The notes below the pieces were generated by a model that searched no databases, was not told where the DNA came from, and saw only the letters and a program-made list of their open reading frames with translations. The position numbers and the translations under genes were made by a program. A stretch of DNA of 64,000 bases from Longimicrobiales bacterium (GTDB lineage Bacteria; Gemmatimonadota; Gemmatimonadetes; Longimicrobiales; RSA9): positions 65,903 to 129,902 of the forward strand of contig DATKDR010000019.1 in NCBI GenBank assembly GCA_035512635.1, in the 5' to 3' direction. Positions within the stretch are counted from its first letter, which is position 1; every line of letters begins with the position of its first letter. This document shows positions 34,675 through 43,183 of the stretch, piece after piece.

Positions 34675-36329
34675 CAAGGACACCTCACGCCGGTCCACTC
34701 GGGGGCTTCGCCCGCGAGCTCGAAGTCGACTGCTGCACGCACCTGCTCCATGAATTCGTCGCCGTAGCGGACCAGGTACTGGAGCGGATTGAGCACGCGC
34801 TCCTGCGGCTTGCCGGTCGGGAACAGGTTTACGCGCGCCTTTTCGATCTGGTCGAGCGCGATCTCGTTCTGCGATTTGAGGCCGCGCATCACCCGCTTCT
34901 CGAGATCGCCCAGCTCGCTCAACGTCGCCGATCGGGCGCTGCCGATCGGGCCCTTCAGCGTGGGATCGATCTGCTTCACGGCCTCCCCGAGCGCGGCGTA
35001 GCCCTCGGCGATCGCGCCGCGCACCCGCTTCAGCGCCGCGTCCACCTCGGGCGGCATCTCGTCAGCGAGCACGCGCGCGGCGAGCTCCTGTGGCGGCACG
35101 CCGAGGTCTTCGACATCCAGCGCGAACTTCTCCAGCACCTTGCGGGTCTTGCCCTCCACGACCGTAAGTGAGGCTCGCGGCATCACCAGCGGCATGCCCA
35201 CGCCGTGCGCCTCGAAGAGACAGCCGGTCTGCGCGAAGTAGCGGACCTCCGCGGGGCCGCCGACATACGCAAGCGTCGGTAGTACCGCGCTCTCGACGAC
35301 GGGCCGGAGCACCACGTTGGGCGAGAAGCGTACCGGGTGGGCTTCCAGCTCCTCGAGCGCCTGCTTGCGCGACAGGCGCGCCCCTCGCCCGCGCGTGACC
35401 CAGCCGTCGCCGTCCCGGACCAGTCGCTCGCGCCCGCCGTCGCTCTCGTAGAAGACGTTCTCGGCGCCGTCCGCGATCGCCACGCGCGGCTCGTAGCCGG
35501 CGGCGCTGAAGGCCGCGGTCGTACGTCGCACGGCCGCTTCGTGCGCGGCTCCGTTCTCGAGCTCCGCGCGCAGCACCGGCACCGACGCGCGCTTCAGCTC
35601 GGCATCCGACGCCTGGATCAGCGCCAGCGGCGTCGCGGCCAGCAGCGTCGCCAGGAGGCGCTCGAAGGCGTCGCTCACCGACTCGCCGGGAGCGTACGCG
35701 TCCCGGAATCCAGCCAGCAGCGCGTCGCGGAAGTCGGTCGGCGGCAGGATCTCCTCGAGCCGCCTGAAGACGTCGTGGATGCCGTCGTCGAGCTTCCGCC
35801 GGGCCATCGACGGCCCCGGTCCGTCTGCGTCGCCGGCGCCGCCGACGGGGTCGGCGAGCTCCACGCGCTGGAGCCGGTTCGCCGTGTCCAGCAGGTGAAC
35901 GTCCTTCACCTCCGCCCAGTCGTGGTCTTCGGACGCGACCCAGAACACGGGCAGCACCGGCACGCCGAGTCGCTCCTGGAGCGCATCCGCGAGCGCGACC
36001 GCGCTGAGCGCCTTGTACAGCGTGAAAAGCGGCCCGCCGAGGAGACCCGCCTGCTGTCCCGTGGTGACGACGAAGCCTTCGCCGCGCGCGACGCCCTCGA
36101 GCCGCCCACGCGCCTCGCCGCTCACCGCACGCAGCAGCGTGCGCAGCCGCGCGCGCGCCGCTGCATCGAAGCGCGCCGAGATCTCCACCGCCTTGCGCTC
36201 GTACGCGGCCGGATCCCACGGCCAGCCCGCGTAGAACGGCGCCAGCGCGGGCACGCCCGCCTCGTAGGCGGCGGCGAACCCGGCGCCGGCCGGGTTGCGC
36301 AGCAGCTCCGGCCCTTCCGCTTTGCTCAT
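34674..36329 (-). CDS. bshC: Bacillithiol biosynthesis cysteine-adding enzyme BshC
   Basis: 551 aa. It aligns by eye with B. subtilis BshC: VVTTGQQAGLLGGPLFTLYK...PVFWVASEDHDWAEV...HPVRFSPNVVLRPVVESAVLPTLAYVGGPAEVRYF...QERVLNPLQYLVRYG. Confidence 0.8.
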   Translation of the reverse strand: MSKAEGPELLRNPAGAGFAAAYEAGVPALAPFYAGWPWDPAAYERKAVEISARFDAAARARLRTLLRAVSGEARGRLEGVARGEGFVVTTGQQAGLLGGPLFTLYKALSAVALADALQERLGVPVLPVFWVASEDHDWAEVKDVHLLDTANRLQRVELADPVGGAGDADGPGPSMARRKLDDGIHDVFRRLEEILPPTDFRDALLAGFRDAYAPGESVSDAFERLLATLLAATPLALIQASDAELKRASVPVLRAELENGAAHEAAVRRTTAAFSAAGYEPRVAIADGAENVFYESDGGRERLVRDGDGWVTRGRGARLSRKQALEELEAHPVRFSPNVVLRPVVESAVLPTLAYVGGPAEVRYFAQTGCLFEAHGVGMPLVMPRASLTVVEGKTRKVLEKFALDVEDLGVPPQELAARVLADEMPPEVDAALKRVRGAIAEGYAALGEAVKQIDPTLKGPIGSARSATLSELGDLEKRVMRGLKSQNEIALDQIEKARVNLFPTGKPQERVLNPLQYLVRYGDEFMEQVRAAVDFELAGEAPEWTGVRCP

Positions 36330-36799
36330 CGTCCTTTATGGTAAGGCTCGCCGCGCGCGATCGTGCCCGCGCGGTAGAGCTGCTCTGCCAGTACCAGCCT
36401 CGCGACGTCGTGCGGCATCGTCATCGACGAGAGCGACAGACGATGCGCCGCGTGGCGCACCGCCGCCGCGCCCAGTCCGAGCGCGCCGCCGATCAGTAGC
36501 GCGACGCCCGCGCTCGAGCGCAATGCGTGCCGCTGGAGATGCGCCGAAAGCTGCTCGGAGCTCCAGCGCTCACCGACCCGCGTCAGCGCGATGACCTCGA
36601 CGTCGCGCGGCACGCGCTCGAGCAGGCGATCCGACTCGGCCGCGCGCACGTCCTCGTCGCTGCGCGACCCGCCCGCCTTCACGGGTTTCACTTCGATTAC
36701 CTCGAGGGGCCAGTAGCGCGCCGCCCGCTTCTCGTAGTCCGCGATCGCCGCGGCATGCGTGCGGCTCGGCTTGCCGACCACCACGAGCAGCACCTTCAC
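36326..36799 (-). CDS. rlmH: 23S rRNA (pseudouridine1915-N3)-methyltransferase RlmH
   Basis: Track ORF 36326..38155 trimmed to the GTG at 36797-36799 (GTGA overlap with the nadB stop). VKVLLVVVGKP...YEKR...IALTRVGERWSSEQLS...LLIGGALGL...SLSSMTMPH...LAEQLYRA. Confidence 0.85.
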   Translation of the reverse strand: MKVLLVVVGKPSRTHAAAIADYEKRAARYWPLEVIEVKPVKAGGSRSDEDVRAAESDRLLERVPRDVEVIALTRVGERWSSEQLSAHLQRHALRSSAGVALLIGGALGLGAAAVRHAAHRLSLSSMTMPHDVARLVLAEQLYRAGTIARGEPYHKGR

Positions 36800-38391
36800 G
36801 CCACACCTCCCCTCACCACCACCGTGTCGCGCAGCAGCCGCTCGTTGTCCCGGTACGGATGATCGGTGTTGTGATGCAGCCCCCGGCTCTCCGGACGGCG
36901 CCGGGCGCAGCGCACGACGAGCAGTGCGGATTCGACCAGATTCCGCAGCTCGATCACGTCCGGCCAGCCGCCGTGCCGGTCCCACAGCTCCATCGTCCGG
37001 CTCTCGAGCTCGAGCAGCTTCAGCTCGGCCCCTTCGAGCCGCGCGTCGCTCCGCACGATCGACGCCTCGTCCCACATGACGGCGCGCACCTCGTCGCGCA
37101 GCGAATCGATCACGGCGCCATCCGGCTCGTGCTCGCCCGGTTCGGGACCCGGCACCACTGCCTCGCCCTCGTGCACGGCCAGGCGCCGGCCGCGCCGCAG
37201 CTCCAGCGCCACCCATTCCGCCGCACGGTGGCTGAAGACGACGGCTTCGAGGAGGGAGTTCGAGGCGAGGCGATTGGCGCCATGCACGCCCGTCAGGGCA
37301 ACCTCGCCGATCGCGAGCAGGCCGTGGATCGAGGTGCGTCCCAGCCCGTCCGTCTGTACGCCGCCGCACAGGTAATGCGCCGCGGGCACGACCGGCACCG
37401 GCTCGGTGCGCATGTCGACGCCGGCGGCCGCGCAGTCCGCGAGGATGTTCGGGAAACGCTCGGTGATCGTCGCCTCCGGGATCGGCGAAAGATCGAGCCA
37501 GACGTGCGGCGCCCCCGTCTCCTTCAGGTGCGCGTCGATGCTGCGTGCGACGATGTCGCGCGTCGCGAGCGAGCCGTGCGGATGGTGGGCGAGGAGGGGC
37601 GTTCGGTCGTGGCGCAGCAGTACCGCTCCCTCGCCCCGTACCGCCTCGGAGATCAGAACGGCGCGGCCCTCGGCCGGGTAGAGGGCCGTCGGATGAAACT
37701 GCACGAACTCCATGTTGCCGACGCGCGCGCCCGCGCGGTACGCCATGGCGATTCCGTCTCCCGTCGCGATATCGGGGTTCGTCGTGTGGCGATAGACGTA
37801 ACCCAGGCCGCCGGTCGCAAGGAGCGTATGCCGCGCGAGAAAGGAGCGCAGGCGGCGGCCGTGCCGATCGAGCACCAGGGCGCCGACGCAGCGCCGCCCC
37901 GCCGCGGCATCCGGCGCGAGCAGCAGATCGACGGCGACGTGATCCTCGAGCAGCTCGACGGACGGGTGCTCTGCGAGCGCGTCGAGCAGTGCGCGCTCGA
38001 TCTCGCGACCGGTGCGATCGGCCGCGTGAACGATCCGACGACGGGAATGGCCCCCCTCGCGGCCGAGCGCGATGCCGCGCTCTCCGCCGCTGAAGCGCAC
38101 GCCCCAGTCGATCAGGTCGGCCACGCGCGCGGGACCCTCGCGCACCAGGTTCCACACCGCCCGCGGGTGGCAGAGCCCGGCGCCGGCTACGAACGTGTCG
38201 CGCGCGTGCAGGGTCAGATCGTCGTCGCCGCTCATGACGGCGGCGATCCCGCCCTGCGCGTAGTTCGTGTTCGAATCGGCGCGCTGCTTCTTCGTCACGA
38301 GCGTGACGGTGCCCTGCTGCGCGATCTTGAGCGCGAAGCTCAGGCCGGCGACGCCGCTGCCGATCACCAGGACGTCCGCGGGTTCGCTCAC
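36796..38391 (-). CDS. nadB: L-aspartate oxidase
   Basis: Track ORF 36796..38910 trimmed to the GTG at 38389-38391. DVLVIGSGVAGLSFA...NTNYAQGGIAAV...GREGGHSRRRIVH...MEFVQFHPT...HGANRLASNSLLE. Confidence 0.9.
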   Translation of the reverse strand: MSEPADVLVIGSGVAGLSFALKIAQQGTVTLVTKKQRADSNTNYAQGGIAAVMSGDDDLTLHARDTFVAGAGLCHPRAVWNLVREGPARVADLIDWGVRFSGGERGIALGREGGHSRRRIVHAADRTGREIERALLDALAEHPSVELLEDHVAVDLLLAPDAAAGRRCVGALVLDRHGRRLRSFLARHTLLATGGLGYVYRHTTNPDIATGDGIAMAYRAGARVGNMEFVQFHPTALYPAEGRAVLISEAVRGEGAVLLRHDRTPLLAHHPHGSLATRDIVARSIDAHLKETGAPHVWLDLSPIPEATITERFPNILADCAAAGVDMRTEPVPVVPAAHYLCGGVQTDGLGRTSIHGLLAIGEVALTGVHGANRLASNSLLEAVVFSHRAAEWVALELRRGRRLAVHEGEAVVPGPEPGEHEPDGAVIDSLRDEVRAVMWDEASIVRSDARLEGAELKLLELESRTMELWDRHGGWPDVIELRNLVESALLVVRCARRRPESRGLHHNTDHPYRDNERLLRDTVVVRGGVA

Positions 38392-39416
38392 GTCGCCGCC
38401 CTCGTGATGCGCTCGACCAGCTCCGCCTCGCCCGTCTCGATCGTCACCCGCTGCTCGAGCACGCGCACGTCGGCACGCTCCGCAAGCGCGCCCAGCTTGA
38501 CCGCGTCCTTCGCCGTCGTAGCGACGACGCGCCCCGCGGCGGCTCGTGCGATCTCGTCGAGGTCCGCGGCCGAGTAGACGTGATGGTCCGGGTAGGCGAG
38601 GCGCCCGACGAGCGGCACACCCATCGATGCGAGCGTGTCGAAGAAGGAATCCGGCTCCGCGATCGCCGCGACCGCGACGACCGCGCCCCTCGGCGCCGCG
38701 TCCATCGCCGCAGCCCCGTCGACATCGGCCGCGGACGGACCGGCGCGAAGCGCGACCCAGCGGTCGGCACGGATGAACGCGACCGCCGGCCGCGTTCCGG
38801 TGTCCCGTTCGATGCGGGCCGCGAGGGCGCTCGCCTCTTCCGCCGACGCCGTCTTCCGCGTCACGACCACGGCATGCGCGCGTCGCAGGGCCGAGAGCGG
38901 CTCGCGCCACGGGCCGCGCGGCAGCAGACGGACGCGCGCCGCACCATGCTCCGCCGCGAGCAGCGCGATGTCCAGATCGCGCGCCAGCCGCCGGTGCTGG
39001 AAGCCGTCGTCGAGCACCGCCACGTCGCAGCCTGCCGCGCCTGCCGCACGCACCGACGCCGCGCGATCGCGACCCTCGAACACGGGTGCGGACGGATGCC
39101 AGCGACGGTGCAGCTCGGGCTCGTCGGAGCCATAGCCGCCATGCAGCACCGCCGGCCTGCGCCCGAGCGCGAGGAGCCGCTCGACCACCCAGCCCGTAAA
39201 GGGTGTCTTGCCCGCCCCGCCCACACGCAGGTTGCCGATGCTGAGCACCGGCATGTCAGCGCGCTCCGCACGGCGAATGCCGGCGTCGTACAGGCCGTGG
39301 TGGATGCGCGAAGCCAGCCGGAAGAGCGCGCTGGCCGGCAGCAGCGCGCCGCGCAGGACGGCGCCCGTCGCGCTGCGCTCGTCCCACGCGACCCGCGCCA
39401 TTTCGGCGGCGGTCAT
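38388..39416 (-). CDS. lpxK: Tetraacyldisaccharide 4'-kinase
   Basis: Track ORF trimmed to the ATG at 39414-39416. PVLSIGNLRVGGAGKTP (P-loop)...VLHGGYG...LDDGFQHRRLARD...PRGPWREP...YPDHH. Confidence 0.85.
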   Translation of the reverse strand: MTAAEMARVAWDERSATGAVLRGALLPASALFRLASRIHHGLYDAGIRRAERADMPVLSIGNLRVGGAGKTPFTGWVVERLLALGRRPAVLHGGYGSDEPELHRRWHPSAPVFEGRDRAASVRAAGAAGCDVAVLDDGFQHRRLARDLDIALLAAEHGAARVRLLPRGPWREPLSALRRAHAVVVTRKTASAEEASALAARIERDTGTRPAVAFIRADRWVALRAGPSAADVDGAAAMDAAPRGAVVAVAAIAEPDSFFDTLASMGVPLVGRLAYPDHHVYSAADLDEIARAAAGRVVATTAKDAVKLGALAERADVRVLEQRVTIETGEAELVERITRAAT

Positions 39417-40132
39417 GGGCCGTCGTCCCGGGCGGCGCTGCTGCCCTCTTCGGGGCCGCGGGCGCCCGTGCCCGACGTGTCCTCGAACTCCGCGTCCAGC
39501 CGCGCCTGGAGCGCCCGCAGCGTCGACTCGATCCGCTCGGAGAGGCGCTCGAGGCCCGCCTCGTCCACGTCGGGCGCGACGCGCACCGGTGCGCCGTGTG
39601 CGATCACGATACGGCTGAACGGCTGCGGCACCAGGAAGCGGTCCCACCCCTCGAACCACCACGCACGGCTGCACGCGGCCGAAACCGGCACGATCGGCAG
39701 GCCCGCGCGCTGCGCCGCGATCAGCACGCCGGGCTTCATCCGCTCACGCGGGCCGCGCGGCCCATCCGGCGTGAACGCCAGCGAGCGCCCGCTGCGTCCC
39801 AGACGGATCATCTCGGCGAGCGCGCGGGAGCCGCCGCGACTGGTCGAGCCGCGCACGACTCGATAGCCCCAGCCCTGCACCACACGGGCGATGTATTCGC
39901 CATCCTGCGACAGGCTGATGAGCGCGCCGACGCCCTCGCCCCGATGGTACCAGGTGAGGGGCAGCAGACGGCCATGCCATAGCGTGTAGGCGAGCGCGTC
40001 GCTCGTGCCGCGAATCGCGGTGTAGGCGGGATCGTCGCGCACCTCGACGCGCACGGTCGCCAGCAACGCGTCGAGCGCGCGCCGTCCCACGGTGCCCACG
40101 AGCGCCTGCTTCAGCTCCTCGCCGCGCTTCAC
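39413..40132 (-). CDS. DUF374 lysophospholipid-acyltransferase-like protein
   Basis: 239 aa, GTG start overlapping the lpxB stop. LWHGRLLPL...SLSQDGEYIARV...RGSTSRGG...LAFTPDGPRGP. This family is commonly found inside lpx/kdtA clusters. Confidence 0.7.
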   Translation of the reverse strand: MKRGEELKQALVGTVGRRALDALLATVRVEVRDDPAYTAIRGTSDALAYTLWHGRLLPLTWYHRGEGVGALISLSQDGEYIARVVQGWGYRVVRGSTSRGGSRALAEMIRLGRSGRSLAFTPDGPRGPRERMKPGVLIAAQRAGLPIVPVSAACSRAWWFEGWDRFLVPQPFSRIVIAHGAPVRVAPDVDEAGLERLSERIESTLRALQARLDAEFEDTSGTGARGPEEGSSAARDDGP

Positions 40133-41274
40133 GGTCGCTCGCCCTCCATGAGTCCGGCGGCCAGCGTCGCCACGCGATCGGCGGTCCCGCCCTCCCGCGA
40201 GCCGGCGCTCTCCAGCCCCTCACGAACCCGCGCGAGTCCCTGCACCATCCGCGTCCGCTCCGCCGACGACTCGTCCAGCAGCGGAGCGACGGCGTCCGCG
40301 AGCGCTTCCGCCGTCGCCTCCTTCTGCAGCAGCTCGGGCACGACTCGACGTCCCGCCACCAGATTCGCGAGCGCCACGTGCTCCACCTCGACCAGTCGTT
40401 CGGCGAGCCAGAACGTGAGCGGGTGCGTGCGGTAGGCGACGACGAACGGGACCTGTGCGATCGCCGCCTCGAGCGTCGTCGTTCCGGATTTTACGATCGC
40501 CGCCGTCGCGTGCCGCAGCAGCCCGCGGGAGTCGCCGATGCGCGGGAAACGCGCGTCGGCGTACGCGTCTTCGGGCAGGTTTTCCGAACGCGCGATTATC
40601 GGCTGTACGGATGGGATCGCCGACCGCACCCGCTCCGCCGCCTCGACGAAGACCGCCAGGTGTCGCGCCAGTTCCTGCTCCCGGGAGCCCGGGAACAACG
40701 CGAGAATCGGACGGGAAGGATCCACACCCGCGGCGCGCGCGAACGCCTCGCGCGATGGCGTCGCCTCCTCCAGATCCAGCAGCGGGTGCCCCACGAAGCG
40801 CGCGTTCGCCCCGGCGTCACGGAGCAGCTCGTCCTCGAACGGCAGGATCGTCGCGATCCGGTCTGTCACGCGCGCCAGCTCCTTCATCCGGCTGCGGTGC
40901 CAGGCCCACACCTGCGGCGCGATGTAGTAGAGCACGGGCACGCGCGCGTCACGCGCCGCGCGCGACAGTCTCAGGTTGAAGCCGGGATAATCGATCGGAA
41001 TTACGAGGTCCGCGCCGCGCGCGGTCATCTCGCGCCGCACGTCGCGCAGCAGGCGCAGGAAGTACGGCAGGCGCGACGCGACCTCGACGAAACCCATGAC
41101 GGCGAGGTCCTCGAAGCGCGCGAGCAGCTCGACACCTTCGGCCTCCATGCGCGGTCCGCCCAGGCCGAACAACCGCGCGTCCGGCCAGCGTCGCCTGAGT
41201 GCCCGGGCGAGTCCCGCACCGTGCAGGTCACCGGATGGCTCACCCGCGGAGAGCAGGATGGTCGGACGCGTCAC
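40129..41274 (-). CDS. lpxB: Lipid-A-disaccharide synthase
   Basis: 381 aa, GTG start. ILLSAGEPSGDLHGAGLARAL...FGLGGPRM...MGFVEV...IDYPGFNLRL...YYIAPQVWAW...SGTTTLEAA. Confidence 0.9.
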   Translation of the reverse strand: MTRPTILLSAGEPSGDLHGAGLARALRRRWPDARLFGLGGPRMEAEGVELLARFEDLAVMGFVEVASRLPYFLRLLRDVRREMTARGADLVIPIDYPGFNLRLSRAARDARVPVLYYIAPQVWAWHRSRMKELARVTDRIATILPFEDELLRDAGANARFVGHPLLDLEEATPSREAFARAAGVDPSRPILALFPGSREQELARHLAVFVEAAERVRSAIPSVQPIIARSENLPEDAYADARFPRIGDSRGLLRHATAAIVKSGTTTLEAAIAQVPFVVAYRTHPLTFWLAERLVEVEHVALANLVAGRRVVPELLQKEATAEALADAVAPLLDESSAERTRMVQGLARVREGLESAGSREGGTADRVATLAAGLMEGERP

Positions 41275-41275
41275 G

Positions 41276-41374
41276 TCAGCCGAGACCGCTCAGATACCAG
41301 ATGGCGAGAAGGACCAGCACCAGCGCGGCGAGCAGCTTCAGCATCGAGGGCGGCCGTCCCGGCCCGCCTCTCAT
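41276..41374 (-). CDS. Candidate 32-aa single-TM micro-protein
   Basis: Own translation: MRGGPGRPPSMLKLLAALVLVLLAIWYLSGLG. The ATG lies 13 nt after the oxidoreductase stop, with GGAAAG 5 nt upstream. Its stop lies 1 nt before the lpxB GTG. It fills the only gap in this stretch. There is no homology evidence. Confidence 0.35.
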   Translation of the reverse strand: MRGGPGRPPSMLKLLAALVLVLLAIWYLSGLG

Positions 41375-41387
41375 CTCCGCTTTCCGT

Positions 41388-42380
41388 TCACGACGTACGC
41401 GAATGAGCGACATGCTGCTGGATCCGGTCCACGATCTGGAGCGCGACTGCGAGCGCCCGGCGGCCGTCCTCACCGGAGACCGCCGTCGCGCCCCGTCCTT
41501 CGACGGCCGCGACGAAGCTCTCAAGCTCGCTCTTCAACGGCTCCGCGCCGTCACCCACCAGCGGAACGCGTTCGATGATGTCCATCAGGCTCGTGGCGCT
41601 GCTCAGCCGCTCGCCCGGATTCGCGCGCGCACCCTCGCGCAGGCGCAGGAACTCACCCTTCCCCGCCGCCAGATCCAGGCTGATATAGCCGGACCGCTGA
41701 AAGAAGCGGATCTTCCGCATCCGCTCCATCGACACCCGGCTCGCTGTGAGATCCGCCACGGCTCCGTTCTCGAACTCGATGCGCGCGTTCGCGATGTCCG
41801 GACTGTCGGCCAGCACCGGCACGCCCACCGCGCTGAACGACGAGACCGGGCGCGGCATGAACGACAGCACGAGGTCGAGGTCGTGGATCATGAGATCCAG
41901 GACCACCGCGACGTCCGTCCCGCGAATGCCGAACGGCGCCAGCCGATGACTCTCGATGAAGAGGGGATCCTCGATGTACGGCTCGCAGGCGCGGATGATG
42001 GGATTGAACCGCTCGACGTGGCCGATCTGCACGATGCGGCCCGCGCGCGACGCCGCCTCCAGGATCCGATCCGCGGCCTCGAGATCCGGTGCGATCGGCT
42101 TCTCGACGAGCACGTGCGCGCCCTGCTCGACGATCGCGACCGCCACCCGCTCGTGCGCCGTCGTCGGCACCGCCACCACGACCGCATCGCAGCGTCCGGC
42201 CAGCTCCGCCATGTCCGGGAACGTCGCGATGCCGAGCTGCTCACCGACCTCCGTCAGCCGCTCCGGGCGCGAATCGTGGACGCCGACGAGCTCGATCGCC
42301 GACATCTGCGAGAGAATCCGTGCATGATGAAAGCCCAGGCTGCCGACGCCCACCACGCCGAGACGGGTGCGGCCGCTCAT
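41388..42380 (-). CDS. Gfo/Idh/MocA-family NAD-dependent oxidoreductase (GnnA-like position)
   Basis: 330 aa. Rossmann fold N-terminus LGVVGVGSLGFHHARIL, then AVVVAVPTTAHERVA...HVLVEKP. It lies between lpxA and lpxB. Confidence 0.75.
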   Translation of the reverse strand: MSGRTRLGVVGVGSLGFHHARILSQMSAIELVGVHDSRPERLTEVGEQLGIATFPDMAELAGRCDAVVVAVPTTAHERVAVAIVEQGAHVLVEKPIAPDLEAADRILEAASRAGRIVQIGHVERFNPIIRACEPYIEDPLFIESHRLAPFGIRGTDVAVVLDLMIHDLDLVLSFMPRPVSSFSAVGVPVLADSPDIANARIEFENGAVADLTASRVSMERMRKIRFFQRSGYISLDLAAGKGEFLRLREGARANPGERLSSATSLMDIIERVPLVGDGAEPLKSELESFVAAVEGRGATAVSGEDGRRALAVALQIVDRIQQHVAHSRTS

Positions 42381-42384
42381 CGCT

Positions 42385-43176
42385 CTAGAGCGCGACGCCG
42401 CGGTCGCTGGCCTCGATGAACCCGAGGAATGCCTCGACTTCCGGACTCGGCGTCAGCTCCTCCCGTGCCCGCGCCAGCGCCTGACTGACGTTGTAGCTCG
42501 AGTTGAAGATCAGACGGTATGCCTTCTTCAGCTCGAACCGCACCTCCTCCGAGAAGCCACGTCGCTGCAAGCCGACGCTGTTCAGGCCGTATAGCGCGAG
42601 CGGCGATCCCGCCGCCTTCACGTAGGGCGGCACGTCCTTCTGGACCCGCGCCGCGCCGCCGACGAATGCGTGCGGCCCGATGCGCACGAACTGGTGGATC
42701 GCCGTCAGACCGCCTACGATCGCCCACTCCCCGATCGAGACGTGGCCACCCATGTTGACCGCGTTCGAGATGATCACGTGATCGGACAGAACACAATCGT
42801 GCGCCACGTGGGAGTACGACATCAGCAGGCAGTGCGAGCCGATCTGCGTGCTTCCGAGAGCAGCCGTGCCACGGTTCAACGTCGCGTACTCGCGGATGAC
42901 CGTGTGATCCCCGATCACCAGATGCGTTTCCTCGCCACCGAACTTGAGGTCCTGCGGGTCCGAGCCGAGCACGGCGCCCGCATGGACAGCGCACTCCCGG
43001 CCGATCGTCGTGTTTCGTTCGATGAAGACGTGCGGTCCGATGCGCGTGCCCGCGCCGATCACCACGCGGGGCCCGATCACCGCAAAGGGGCCGACGCTCA
43101 CGTTCTCGCCCAGCTGCGCGCCCGAATCGACGATCGCCGTCGGATGAATGCCGATGTTCTCCAGTCCGCTCAGCAC
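42385..43176 (-). CDS. lpxA: Acyl-ACP--UDP-N-acetylglucosamine O-acyltransferase
   Basis: 263 aa. Hexapeptide repeats (IHPTAIVDSGAQLGENVSVGPFAVIG...), then SHVAHDCVLSDHVIISN...GLNSVGLQRRGFS. Confidence 0.9.
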   Translation of the reverse strand: MLSGLENIGIHPTAIVDSGAQLGENVSVGPFAVIGPRVVIGAGTRIGPHVFIERNTTIGRECAVHAGAVLGSDPQDLKFGGEETHLVIGDHTVIREYATLNRGTAALGSTQIGSHCLLMSYSHVAHDCVLSDHVIISNAVNMGGHVSIGEWAIVGGLTAIHQFVRIGPHAFVGGAARVQKDVPPYVKAAGSPLALYGLNSVGLQRRGFSEEVRFELKKAYRLIFNSSYNVSQALARAREELTPSPEVEAFLGFIEASDRGVAL

Positions 43177-43183
43177 GTCGTCT

